Assembly: GCA_038087875.1 (NCBI GenBank)
Contig: CM075978.1
Span: forward strand, 108,066,001-108,130,000
DNA: 64,000 nt
Direction: 5' to 3'
Source: Malacoraja senta
Taxonomy: Eukaryota
Below the pieces are notes generated by a model. That model ran no database searches and had not been told where the DNA came from. It saw only the letters and a list, made by a program, of their open reading frames with translations. Positions within the stretch are counted from its first letter, which is position 1, and the number at the start of each line of letters is the position of its first letter. The translations under genes were made by a program, and so were the position numbers. Positions 48,375 to 60,708 of this stretch are shown here, piece after piece.

Positions 48375-49201
48375 TTAATAATAACCCATCCTGAGGTCCC
48401 ACCCACTGCACCAACCTGTCGAGTGTTTATAATTTAATTATACTATTTTAATGTCTCACATAAGTGGCAATATTTTAAAAAAGTTGAGATTAATTTTAAT
48501 AATTTAAAATTATTACAATTTAAACATGATGCATTTGACGTTAAATTAATGTTAATTAATAACATAAATATAAAAAAAGGAAAACTGAAAATATTTCACC
48601 AAACATATATTAATTGAAATCACCATTCAAATGGGTGTGACTGTGTTCAATGCCTCAGTGATATAAACGAGGACACATGTATCGTCTACCTCAATCCCAT
48701 AACTCCATCAGTTAAGAAACAAACCTAAATTTAATGTCAAAATAGCCCATTTCCAACATGTATTGTTACCTATTGTTCGAGATAAATTATTCTGTTTTTC
48801 ACTGAGCAATATCTTCCCCACCACCTCTCACCTCTCACCTCCACAGTGGCTGAGTTGATAAACCCTGTAGACTTGGCCATAGCAGATTTATTGCTGAAGG
48901 TTACTGATGTCGGCAAGCCATGTAAATCAACAAGGCTATGGAAATTCAAACTTCTGAATCCTAGTGCCCTTCTCTTCCACCAAATTAAGTAATGTGCTAA
49001 TTTCTAAATCATCCCTTTATGGAAAACTTTAGTTAAATGTACATGGATTGATTTCTGGGACAAAGGGATCACAAGCACTAGTGAGTAAAATAAAACTTTC
49101 ATAACCTGTACTAGGTAGTGAATCAGAGACCGAGTGGGAGGTCAGGTGCATTGCAACCAGCGGAAGGTTCTCTCTGGTACAGCTGGGTAACTACAGTCTT
49201 A

Positions 49202-49431
49202 AGGGCATGTCCCACTTTGGCGATTTTTTGGGCAACTGCCACAAAAATTTCAACATGTTGAAAAATTGTTGCCGACAGTGGCAACAATTTTTGCTGTCGT
49301 AGGTTGTCGTAGGTGTTGTCGTAGATTGTCGTAGGTGCTGGTAATAGGTTGTCGCCAGGTGTCATGGGTGAATTCCATTAAAACCAGTCCCTGGCAGTCG
49401 CCTAAAGTGTTGCCTAAGTGGGACAGGCCTT
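49202..49431. mobile_element. 230-bp Harbinger-like MITE with TTA TSD
   Basis: TTA|AGGGCATGTCCCACTT ... AAGTGGGACAGGCCTT|TTA; internal GTCGTAGGT repeats. Confidence 0.75.
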
Positions 49432-52257
49432 TTAGAGTGATCAGCCTGAATAATCCATTAATATCCTGGGTAGCTCATATAAATTAATAGTATTCTAGGA
49501 AATTGTTATATCGCAATGACTCTGGGAACAATTTGTAACAACATAATGATACTTCTAGGAATTGTTTATGGCAGAGTAGACATTAGCAATGGCAATAAAA
49601 TATTGACACTGTAGTGAATTATAACAAGTCTATGATATTCCTGGGTGATGATCATAGTACAATAATTTCCCGACAGAATAAAATTACCACAATAGCATTT
49701 TGTTCAAAGAGTTTAGACAGCGCACTGCAAACATTTATGACAACAGATAACCCAGTGGTAACGCTGCAACACAAACCACAATATCTTGGAATGCAACAAT
49801 ACACAGAGGTATGGCAATCTTGATCTATGATCTAATACCCGCTGAGTTACTCCAGCATTTTGTGTCTGTAATACTTCAGAACATTTTCTCTTGCCTTGTT
49901 TAAAATTAAATCAGTTTGTAAAGGACTTATTTTATGGAAACCGCTTTCTCAATCACAAATAATCCTAACCTGATCTTTGAAGTTCATTTGAAGTTCAATT
50001 TGAGATAACTGCAGCGTTCTGAATGTGCTCCAAGTAAAAAACAACTTGCATTTACATAGCAGTTCACCCAAGTCCATTTTACAGTGGAAGAGAATTGCAG
50101 AGATGCGTTCACTATTGTGATGGAAAATGCAATAGCCATTTATATGTGACATATTCCCACAAACAACGGTGATTAAGATAGATAATCGATTTCTGACCTT
50201 AGATGAGGAATACAAATGACACAGGACACTAACGATAGCTCAACTGCCCTTCTTTGAAGGAATCTAATTTACATCTGGCTGAGAGAGTTGACAGCTCCTT
50301 GGTTTCATCTCCCATCCAAAAGATAAGAGCACCTCCAACAAAGCAATACTGCACTTGACCCCAAGTCTCCTGAGTGACATTCAAATTTCCTGGGCCAGTG
50401 TTGAGCTATTACCAACACTTGGCTTTGGACTTTGGATAGGGTACCCTTCTCAAATGCTCCCACACAGTCATTTCCACTCCACCATGGAGGCTCACAAAGC
50501 TGCCTGATGCTCATGCTTAACTGGTAGAATGGTTTGTCACAACATCTCAATGGAAAAGCAGCAATGTAGCAAGTTAATTTCAAATTAATTCAAGGAAATA
50601 GGACTTCCGGGTGGACCACTCATTGTAATGCAGCATATTAATTGGTTGCATAATGGCCTGGTTCAGTAACCCATATGCCCAAGAACAAAGAAGGCTACAG
50701 AAAGAAGAGGAAATTGCCCAGTATTGACCTCCCCACCATCGAAGGGATCTACAGGAAGCACTGCGTCAATAAGGCAACTAATATCATCAAAATCCAACAC
50801 TACCCTCACTATATTCTCATCTCGCTGCTACCATCCGCTGAGAACTCCGGTCTCCAGGTTCAAGAACAGCTTCTTCCCGTCAACCATCGGGCTCTTGACA
50901 TATATGTGGCTAGTTAGGATCCCTGAAGGTTTCCTCAGACTACATATAATTTATGGAATGAGGACAGATAGTGTGAATAATAAGAGCCTTTTCACAATAG
51001 CACAGGTTTAACACAAGGGATAAAGATGTTTAGATCTAAGGAAAATAACTTTACCCAAAGGGTGGTTGGAATCTGGAAAGCATTGCCAGAGAGAATGGTA
51101 CAAAGACTCCCACAATATCAAGATGAATACTTAAATCATCAGGGCATAGAAGGCTACAGGCCAAATGCAGGTAAATGGGAATTGTACAGATGGGTGTGCA
51201 ATGTTGCGGGCCATGGTACCTGTCTCTGCACTTTCCAAGTCTATAATTCTTCACATCAAGAAAGATACAGACATCGGATACATGGATCTGAAAGTTTTAG
51301 AAGAATACGGATCAGCGCAGGCAAATGGAACTAGCTTAGGTAGGTACCTTGGTCTGCATGGACAAGTGGGCTGAAGGGCCTGTTTCTGTGTTGAATGACT
51401 CTTTTCACCCGAGAAAGAAGGTGTTGATTATATACGAGGACATCTTCCTACATTCACAAAAGATTGCAATGGATTCAAACCCAGGGTGTTAACGAGTTCA
51501 GAGATGAGTCAGGCCACTTCACAAGATGATATGACAAGTGTAAAACCAACCAGTCAATGTACACATTGCCACCATCAGGACTAAATGGCGCATGAATGAA
51601 AATCATCTCCTAATAATCCAGTCATCACCATATTAGTCAGCATTTGAGGTGATGCTCTTCTTGACATCAAAATTAAATTTCCTCTAATCTTTTATTAAAT
51701 CCAGATTACCAGCATTACAACATCACTCAGTTGACTTAAAGACTGAGTCCAATATTCTGATATCTCAAAACTTGATTTGAGCTGAAGTGTACACTACTTA
51801 GCTGCAATAAAATCAAAGAAGTGGGTGTGGAGAGCCAGGCATTGGCATCACGGTATTGTATGCTCAGCATGGCTGAGAGATGATAAGTTTCCAGCCGTAT
51901 TTTCTTCATCATTCAGAGAGTTCTTGCAGAGAAGTTGCCAGAATCTAGTCGAGAGTTGCTGTGTATTGGACAAGTATGAGTCATCACATGGATCTGTAAA
52001 AGGTACTTGGTGTTTTGCTAAGCCCAATCTTGAACTGGTCCACTCACATTCCAAAGACGTATAGGCTGTGAGTTAACTGGCCACTAAAAATTGATGCTAG
52101 TGAGGGGGTGAGTGGTAGAACCTGGGAGGAGTCAATGAGAATAAAAATGGATTTTTGCAGAATTCATGTAAATGGATGCTTGATGGTCAGCATGAATCAG
52201 TGGGCCGAAGGGCCCGTTCCCATGCTGGGTATCTCTTATGATGTTTTGCTGGATAGT

Positions 52258-52490
52258 AGTTTAGTTTAGTTTAGAGATACATGGCAGAAACAGACCCTTC
52301 CACCCGCCGAGTCTGCACCGACTAGCGATCCCCGCACATTAACGCTATCCTACACACTAGGGACAATTTACACATACCAAGCCCATTAACCTACAAACCT
52401 GTATGTCTTTGGTGTGTGGGAGGAAACCGAAGATCTCAGAGAAAACCCACATATTCACGGGGAGAACGTACAAACTCCGTACAGACAGCA
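52258..52490 (-). mobile_element. HE1-like V-SINE (head replaced by (GGAGAG)n)
   Basis: Homologous to the other SINE copies; (TTTAG)n tail. Confidence 0.7.
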
Positions 52491-54718
52491 CAAGAGAGGG
52501 GGAGGGAGAGGGAGAGGGAGAGGGAAAGGGAGAGGGAGAGGGAGCCATGGTCTCATGCTGGCATGAATTCCTTCACGGGATCTTGTCCTAATCCTCCACA
52601 CTCGCAGAATAGTTCATAGAATAGTTCAGATTAGTTCATGTTCTACAGAGCTCATGGTAAAATTTGTAGAGTCCATTGTGCCCGGGATACCGCAGCTGGG
52701 ACACAAACCGAAAACAAACTACTGCTAACATCCAAAGAGAACAACACTGAGTAATTGTTGGCAACACATGGTGTCTGCTCCTCTTGCTCGTGTGCCTGAT
52801 GTAATTCTGGCAATAACACTCAGGCCAGGAGTCTGCTCCCAAAGTCCTGTCCTCTGTCACCTACATAATAAGGGCAGCGTGGAGGCGCTGGCACCAGCAA
52901 CATCAGCATGAGTCACGGAGATTCATGACTTAAAAATGTGTCCTTATTTTCATCATCGTTGCTTAATAGCACCTTCGGAGAAAATGCAAGATGATTGTGG
53001 TGGTTCAGGAAAGTAGCTCAACACCAGCCTCTCAAAGGTAATTCCAGGTAGATGTTCAACATTGGCCAGAGGAGAGATGGCTGCCGCTTATGAATGTTTT
53101 TTTTGTTTTTGGCACATTCTAACAGTTTTAGCAATTGTTCCTCATTTAAAAATGAATGGAAACCTACAGACTACAAAGTGCCCTGGTTCGACCTTCAGGA
53201 AATTACTGATCTCAGGTAAATTAGAGCCTACCAAGTTAAGTGATACAGTGTCCTAGTAGTTGGTGCTCTACCTTAAAGGACCTAGGGTTAATTTCAACCT
53301 CGGGTGCTGTTTATGCAGAGTTTGCATGTTTTCAGTGTCTATGTAGGTTCCCCCCCCTGTGTTCCAATCTCCTCCCACAACATAAAAACTTGCTGGTAGG
53401 TTAATTAGGCATGCAAATGACCCCTACCAGGTGTAATTCCATGCGGTTATGGGGAACATGCGAACTCCACACAGACATGATCGATCAGGATTGAACCTGG
53501 ATCTCTGGTGCTGCGAGGCAACACCGTGCCACAGTCTGAAAGGCAGCACCTTTGAAAGAACAGCAGTCCACTCCCTCCCTGTCGTTGGGATCTGTGGTAG
53601 GGAGGATCCCAAATTCACTGAGGTTGGCTTGTGGTGCCCATGCTGCTCTACATCAATATGGACAGAGAAACAGCACTGCCCAACGCAAAATATATCTTAA
53701 AGAACAGAGTGAAAATAAACTCTAATAAAAATCACCATCTTCCAAAGGGAGAAAAAGAGCAACTCTAAATGAGTAGGAACTGCAGACAGACACACTTGTG
53801 AAGTCGCTGTGAACAAAATCCCAAAAGATAGAGGAGTGAGATTCCACATCAAGAGTGCAACATCCAGTCTGCTCAACACCCGACCACTGCACACAAGAGT
53901 GCAAGAGGAAGAGGTGCGGTCATCACCAAAGGAGATTGTAACCTACTGTAAGGTGGACAGTGGAATAGCAGAGGTGTAGTTCTTATCAGTAGGGAGAGGT
54001 TTGGCACACCTCATCCATGCTCACCATGATAGCCAGGAACTTCAGTCCTGTTTGCCCATATTTAACGCAGATCCCTCTAAAACTTTCCTCTCCATGTACC
54101 TGTCCAAATGTCCCTTAAGTGTTGTTATTGCGCCTGCGTCAACCACTTTCTCTGGCAGCTCATTCCACAATTGTATCATCCTTGGCACCACGATGAAGTG
54201 CAGGTCCATCAGATCTACAATGATTCAACAGAACAATCTTCTCCACTTGTTCAATTCCCCTGACACTTGGCAAAAGTTGACAGAGATTGGGTTGGCTAGC
54301 TTGGGGAAACACAGAGAGGATCAGAGCCAATGAGCTTACATGTGCCTATACACAAATTCCAAGGTGCCTGACATTTCTGATGTGGTTTCAGATGATGCGC
54401 CCTCAGAACAAGGAGAGTCTCAGTGAATTATGAATGACTCAACGGCCTTCTTTAGAAGCTATGTGAGAAACAGTTCAGTTCCACATTATAGAGCCTGGTG
54501 TGATCTAGGGTCGGGTTTGCTCTTGGACATGAAGGGAATTAGTTCAGGACTTCGTGGAGAATCATGGAAAGGATTTTGAGTCAAAGATATGGCCCAGAAC
54601 GTCCTCGAAAGCTCTTTTCTCTCTGCAGTCAGGACGACACCAGAAACCTGTGAGGATATTTTATTCGGGCAGAGTTACACAATGTAACACAAAGAGAACA
54701 TTCAGAGCCTCAATGCTC

Positions 54719-54895
54719 CTCTGGATGGGATGCAGCCAGTGCACTGGATGGGATGCAGCCAGGGCACTGGAAGGGATGCAGCCGGGCACTGGAAGGGATG
54801 CAGCCGGGCACTGGATGGGATGCAGCCGGGCACTGGATGGGATGCAGCTGGGCACTGAAAGGGATGCAGCCAGGCACTGGATGGGATGCAGCCAG
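54719..54895 (+). repeat. 22-bp minisatellite (~8 copies), with degenerate copies to ~55160
   Basis: Unit GGGCACTGGATGGGATGCAGCC. Confidence 0.9.
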
Positions 54896-57743
54896 AATCA
54901 GGTTTAGCAGAGCTGGGGGTGGGGTGCAGCCATTTCTCTGTATGGATCCAGGTCAAAGCTCTGGATGGATTGTAGTCAAAGCTTTACATAGGGTGCAGCC
55001 AATCTCTGGATGGAAGTATATGGGAGTTTCGAAGGGTTGTAGCCGGTGCTCTGGGTGGAGTTTGTCCAGTGCTCTGGATGATGAGTGACCAATGTCTGGA
55101 CAGTACGACCAATGCTGGGTGTACCTAGCAATTTTGATGGCTATAGCCAGCTGTCTGATTAGCTGTAGCCCGCATTCTATTCAAGTTGTTATGGAGAATA
55201 GGTGACGGAAAGAGGTTATCCAAAGCTTGTTGTGCATTGAATGGATTCAACTGTGATTCTAGAGATCTTTGAAACCTCTTCTAGGTTTCCTGTTCTCCTG
55301 GTAGTCCCTTGAAATCCATCCATGAATATTAAGAGCACTTTATACCAGTCAAGGACTTTGAATGTTTCTGTTTGTTCCATACTGCACGTGACATTTCAGT
55401 CGTTAGTTTAAGTCTGCAATTATAACGTATCCTTGAGTGTATGAAAGGAAGACAATTCTTAATGCCAAGACCAGAGGATAACTGAATATAATTAAAATCA
55501 TAGAATTGTTACAGCACAGAGGCATGCATTTGGCTCACCGTGTCCTTGTGGAGTGATCTCATCATAGCCATTCCCTGACCTTACCCTGCAGTTGCCCAAA
55601 TTATTCTCTCTCAAATGTTTATCTAATATCCTTTTGAAAGTACTCATTGATCCAGTTTGCTCCAAACTTTACAGCAAACTGGACCAACGAGTGCCTGTAA
55701 AAGACTAGAACCGTTCTTGGGGGGGGGGGGGGGGGGGACCCTCAACAAAAGTTTAGCTGCTTCAAAATAAATTTTAGAGTTGTGGATGAAGAGCAGAGGA
55801 GTGGTGTAAATTGCAGAGTAGTACAGGCTTAACTGGCTGATTGGCCTTCTGCGTACATCATTCCAGGAAAACATGGACGCAACACAACATTGAAAGAAGG
55901 AAATCCCTGACAGGAAACATGATCAAAGCTTCTGAAAAGATAATCATGCAGCTAAGCAACAGGACTTCATTAGGATGAGAGAACTGTCCCTAAGAGTAAG
56001 CCCATCCACTTTACATTAGAATTTGTTATTGGAATAAAGACAGAAAAAACTGGAAACATTTGGAAGTGCATCAGACAGTATTGGTGGAGAGAGAAAAACA
56101 GAGGAAAAGGCAGGAAAGGTTAACCCTTCCTCAGGCTCCCCGCAGATGTTGCCTGCCTCTTATTACAGACTTCCAGCATCTGAACATGTTGCTGAGCCCA
56201 CGGAGTCATCTGCCCCCTAGTGCACCGAATCATTAAACCAGCTGAAAAATGACTAAGGCACAAGTTATGTCGATGCTAATAATCCACAGCAAAACCCAAA
56301 GGTACTCAGCAGTTTGAGCAGCATTTGTGGACAGATAGGCAGGTTCTGCAGAAAATGTTTATGACTGAAACATTAGCTCTGAATCTCCAGCTGGTGATGG
56401 CAAGTGGTCTTCTAAGCAAGTTGACCATTTTTTGCTCCCATTCCAATAAATCCTTCAATTCATAAGCCCATGGAAATACTGAGCTCCTCGCCATTTGTCA
56501 GACACAGACAAAATAAATCTGGGTTGGATGCAGGTCTGTGCGAGCTGAGTGAATCAAATGCCAATTTATCTCTTATCTTCCCATCTCTAGGAATAATCAT
56601 CCTGCCATATTTGACTTCAAATATTTTCCAAATGGATTCTCTGTCTGGCCATGGTGCCTATGGAAATTGTTTCTGAAGTTGCATGGCAGTTATAACAGCT
56701 GCAGTTCTGCACAACATATGCATTATATTTTGCTGACAGCTACTGCTCTGTAGACTGCCCTAATATTATGACGTACCTTTCACAACTTCTGATATAAATG
56801 GCAACCATATTTTATAACAATCAGCATGTTTTATTTTTGAAGCAACCAGCCCATGACAGGTCTCTTAAATGCAAGTCTTTTGCATTAAGGTAACAACTCT
56901 GAAATCAATCCATTTCCTCTTACAATTGGGCTCTCTTCTCAAGTAACTTAAACCTGTCAATGGCATCCATCCGTCCCAACTTTAACACTGCAGTTTTCCT
57001 TCCTTTGGTCTCGCAATGCTTTGTAAAATAACCCACAACAAAAGTATTCTCCAAATCCCCTTGTTTGTGAATTAGGAACAAATCTTTGCATTTAAGTAAC
57101 ATCATTCATAATGCCTTAATGCTCTTTACAAGAAATGAAGTACTTGTTTAAGTATTTCTGCATCAAAGAACAGTAGCAGCTAGTACATGCAGTGAGTACC
57201 AGCATACAGCAACGTGATAATGACCAGACAAGCCACTCTTTTTAAATGGTGTTGGCGCTAACATATTGATATTGGCAAGGACTTCGGGAGAACTCCCCTG
57301 CACTTTTCACAACAATTTCTTGGGATCACCTGAGAGCAGACAGGGGGAGGGGGTTCATAACATCTCATCCAAGCCTCCTCACCAGAGCTTCAGCACAGAC
57401 CTTAATAGTCAAGTGCCCATTATAGGATGTGAACCCACAACCTTCTGCTTCAAGTCACAAGAGTGCAACTTGTTGAGCCACGACTGAGACTTAATATTGT
57501 TGTTACATGATATGAGTGCTTAACTCTGTGGGTGTGATCAAGCCAGGAAGCTCCACCCCACATGACATGCACCCTATAACACATAGAGAAAACCTCATTA
57601 AGGACACCAAAGATAAATAAGTGACATGTCATTAAGTGAATATCTGTTCTAACTGGTGTTATTTCATAACAGAACAAAACGGAACCACAAATCAACTAAA
57701 AGCATCTTCACCAAACACAGCTGGTCTGAGAATTAAACCTTAC

Positions 57744-57822
57744 CTGGCTGGAGGCAGCCTTTACTCTGGAGAATATCCACCATGGGACTGCCAAAAATAA
57801 ACTGGACGTTCTGCAGGAAACC
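57744..57822 (-). CDS. thbs2: Thrombospondin-2-like coding exon 3 (gene exon 4)
   Basis: TAG|GGT...CCAG|GTAAGG; 79 nt, phase 0-1; GFLQNVQFIFGSPMVDILQSKGCLQP resembles human THBS2 GLLQNVHLVFENSVEDILSKKGCQQ. Confidence 0.9.
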
Positions 57823-58033
57823 CTACGGGCAAGACAGCAACACCGTTAATTCCTCACAATCAGCACTGGGCAAACACTCACAAAATCAGTATGTCATCTT
57901 AACAGAGACAGGTTTATGGGATCATTGAAGAATAGGGGCATTTAGTCTGGAAGGCAATTAGAACTTCAGGATGGTTATGAATTCCAAGAGTCTGATAGCT
58001 GGATGCAACCATCGGTAAGATCCCAATACATAC

Positions 58034-58587
58034 CTTGAAGTTCTTGCCTGGTGTGAGTCCTTTGGCCACGTACAGCTTGCTGTTGGTTGAGGTCAGCTGT
58101 TCATAAAAAGGATCATCGAGGATGAAGCTATCAGCAAGCTCACAGCCCACATACAGGTATGCATTCTCTCCATTCACGTGGATGGTGATATTCTTCCACT
58201 GGGAATCAGCGATGTCCACATCCTGGAAGGAGACCAGGTTCTGGGACCTCTCCACTGAGTACTGGAAATCCAGGGTGTTTGCCAGTCCATTGGAGATGAT
58301 CTCCAGCTGGCGTTTGTAACCTGGGCCCTCGATAGCCAGCAACGTCCCTTGGCTCTTCCTGTCCTGCCTCAGACTGGCCACCAAGATGAAGCCCTCCTGG
58401 TACTGCATCAACCTCACGATCTCCTGGAGCTTCTCGCCGGAAGCTGCTGGGATCTGGTCGAATCTGTTGAACCTGAAAGCAGGAGTGTTGCGGTCCGGAC
58501 CTCGAAACAACTTCACTCCAACAGTTTGCCGATTCACATTGCTGATCGCAAACAGATCGATGGTGACCTCCTCTTCGGGAGGAACAT
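58034..58587 (-). CDS. thbs2: Thrombospondin-2-like TSPN (N-terminal laminin-G-like) exon
   Basis: CAG|ATGTT...TTCAAG|GTATGT; 554 nt, phase 1-0; DLFAISNVNRQTVGVKLFRGPD..AFRF.RFD.IP..EGF..GTLLAIEGPG..EIISNG.ANTLD..ADSQWKN..VGC..DSF.LDDPFYE.L..YVAKG closely follows vertebrate THBS2. Confidence 0.93.
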
Positions 58588-58703
58588 CTGAGGAGCAAGT
58601 AAAAAAAAAATAGAGTGACCCAACAGCGGCCATTTCAAACCCAATCCAAACGCTTGAGATAAATTATGTGTAACAATGCAAAGACTGGAACTTGTTAACT
58701 TAC

Positions 58704-58776
58704 CGACAGACTGACTTCTGGTCCCTAACACCAGCATCAGAGGCAGGAGCCATCGTAGATCTTCGTTCCGCACCAT
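58704..58776 (-). CDS. thbs2: Thrombospondin-2-like signal-peptide exon (exon 2 spans 58781-58704)
   Basis: TAG|GGCTG-ATG; MVRNEDLRWLLPLMLVLGTRSQSV + G|GTAAGT; phase 1 joins the next exon in frame (GAT = D). Confidence 0.8.
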
Positions 58777-58916
58777 CAGCCCTACAACAGAGGACAGCAG
58801 ATCTTGAAAGAGCGTCCCAAACTCGACACCCAAACCCTGTCCACCCACTTTCCCATCCCACACTCCAGCTCTTTGCAATGAAGTGAAGCGAAACCCCGAC
58901 AATCACGGGGACTTAC

Positions 58917-59240
58917 CACGTTGTTTGACAAAGACTGTTAAACATTTACCCAAAGAGTCCTAACAAAGGAAACACGTCTTTTTAACTTAGCAATGATAAA
59001 TGGGAATGTTCAAGTCATATCAACAGGCTTTGCAAATACTGCATGTTATTCTTTTATGCATTAAAATTATAAGGATTTTTTTTTTTTTAAAGGTCTCTCA
59101 CCCGGTGTTTGGTGTCTGTACTCGATGTGGCAAAGTGATCTTGCAAGTCTGTAGCCGGGGAGTGTGTGTGTGCGTGTGTGTTTTGTAGGGGCTCGCCGGC
59201 TTGTCTGACTCACTGGGTCTGTGCCCAGCAGCTGAAAGTA
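58917..59240 (-). other. thbs2: Putative non-coding exon 1 of thbs2-like gene
   Basis: Donor GTG|GTAAGT at 58917/58916; start estimated ~25-30 nt below the TATA box; vertebrate THBS1/2 have a non-coding first exon. Confidence 0.55.
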
Positions 59241-59259
59241 GCCGGGATTCACTCGGCTC

Positions 59260-59520
59260 CGCTCTTTATATACCCTCCCGTCAGCGCCGTCAATCAGCCG
59301 AGGGGAAGTGGTGTACATTCATGCCTCCAGAGAAGTTACATAATTCTCCCGACCCGCCTCGTCCCGCAAACTGCTTTCGCTTGCAAGTCCGGTGGTGGGA
59401 CCTGACCCTCTCTCGTGTCGCCCCGGGACAGGAGGAGCCAGTCTCCGGCCCCCACGGGAAGCAACCTGACCATTGCAAATTAATAACTCAACGCAACGGC
59501 TTGCGCGGGATTCATAGACT
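59260..59520 (-). promoter_or_regulatory. TATA-box, CpG-rich promoter of thbs2-like gene
   Basis: TATATAAA at 59272-59265 (minus), TGACG motifs, GGAAGT, GC-box-like GAGGCGGG, local CpG enrichment. Confidence 0.65.
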
Positions 59521-59622
59521 CTCACCACGTGGAGAAAGTACAGAGGACCAAAGGGTGAAGGGAAAACCCGCCCATTCACTCAGCTAATGTCAACATTTCT
59601 TGGACATCTTACATTAGAACGA

Positions 59623-59744
59623 AGGTAGACACAAAATGCGGGAGTGACTCAGCGGGACAAGCAGCATCTCTGGAGAGAAGGAATGGGTGACGTTTCGGGT
59701 CGAGACCCTTCGCCCTCCGACTCCCCGACCACGTCTTAACCCCT
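59623..59744 (-). mobile_element. Penelope pLTR-derived mini-insertion with 14-bp TSD
   Basis: TSD TTACATTAGAACGA at 59609-59622 and 59745-59758; ~90 nt pLTR sequence plus ~30 nt unrelated filler. Confidence 0.85.
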
Positions 59745-60708
59745 TTACATTAGAACGAGCTGCATTTGTAAGGAATCGTGGCAGTTTTCATGCAGAAATC
59801 ACCCCCAACTAGAAGGGTTTCTAAGTTTACTTTTGTGCAAGGTTACAGTTGTTGCGAGTTTAAAGCGCACGCGTGGCTTATCAAAAAATATTACATCAGA
59901 ATTGTGCTTCAAAATTATACCCAGCAGACAGCCGCCCGCCACTCTACAGGCTTTAGATGTGAGGAAGAGTACAGGGGAAAGTTCTTCCCGAGTGGGTCCT
60001 GGAGAGGGTACGGGACAGAAGGCGCCGTCTAACTTTGCACGGCATCTCCATTCTCTGAAGTGTTTTAACCTATCTTTTCAAACCCTGCCATTTAGCAACG
60101 TGTCCGGTGTGCAGTTCAAGTGTTAAAATGGGAGGTAGCTGGTAGAGGTGATAAATAGTTCATCCTTCACCAGTGTCCCTCCTCCGTCCCGGCTACCGTG
60201 CGCTCGCCTCTGATGCTGGTGAGTCTAACATCCCTACCCAATGAACTCCTGCCCTGGACCGGATTAATATACACTGGTGTAGGAAGGAACTGCAGATGCT
60301 GATTTAAACCGAACCCCGTTACTGGAATAATACGTGTGGATTTAGCCCCGTCACTGGATTAACCATTGTATTAACAGAATGGATTAATATCTCTGCAAGG
60401 TATTTAAAACTATTTTTAGACTAGAACATACTGTGTTAACATCCACCAGATTAACACATATTGGTTAATTTTGGTGCTGATTTAATTTCCACTAGATCAT
60501 AGATTATAAGCAATAGGGGTAGAATTAGGCCATTCGGCCCATCAAGTACACTCAGCCATTCAATCATGGCTGATCTATCTCTTCCTCTTAACCTCTCTAA
60601 TTCATTTTCATTGGATTAACCCATTCACTAACCTTTTTCATCCTGTTTACCCCTGGCAACTTTAATAACACATAACAATGTTATTTCACTTATTTATGAA
60701 CAACTTAT

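Larger units (their letters stand above)
41140..49820 (+). repeat. Fossil ~29-30-bp minisatellite fragmented by TE insertions
   Basis: Units like ATGATACTGGGGCAATTAGTATTAACACA clearest at 41980-42170; degenerate relatives at ~41140-41340, 43340-43600, 45091-45480, 47998-48080 and 49440-49820. Confidence 0.5.

Noticed and set aside
51430-51545. Minus-strand SSCEVA*LISEL as possible THBS2 exon 5 (SCEEL..EL)
   Set aside because: Contains a stop, has no flanking similarity and no convincing splice sites.
57914-58633. 239-aa ORF as a complete single-exon gene
   Set aside because: Its ends are intronic read-through; the true exon is 58587-58034, bounded by AG/GT.
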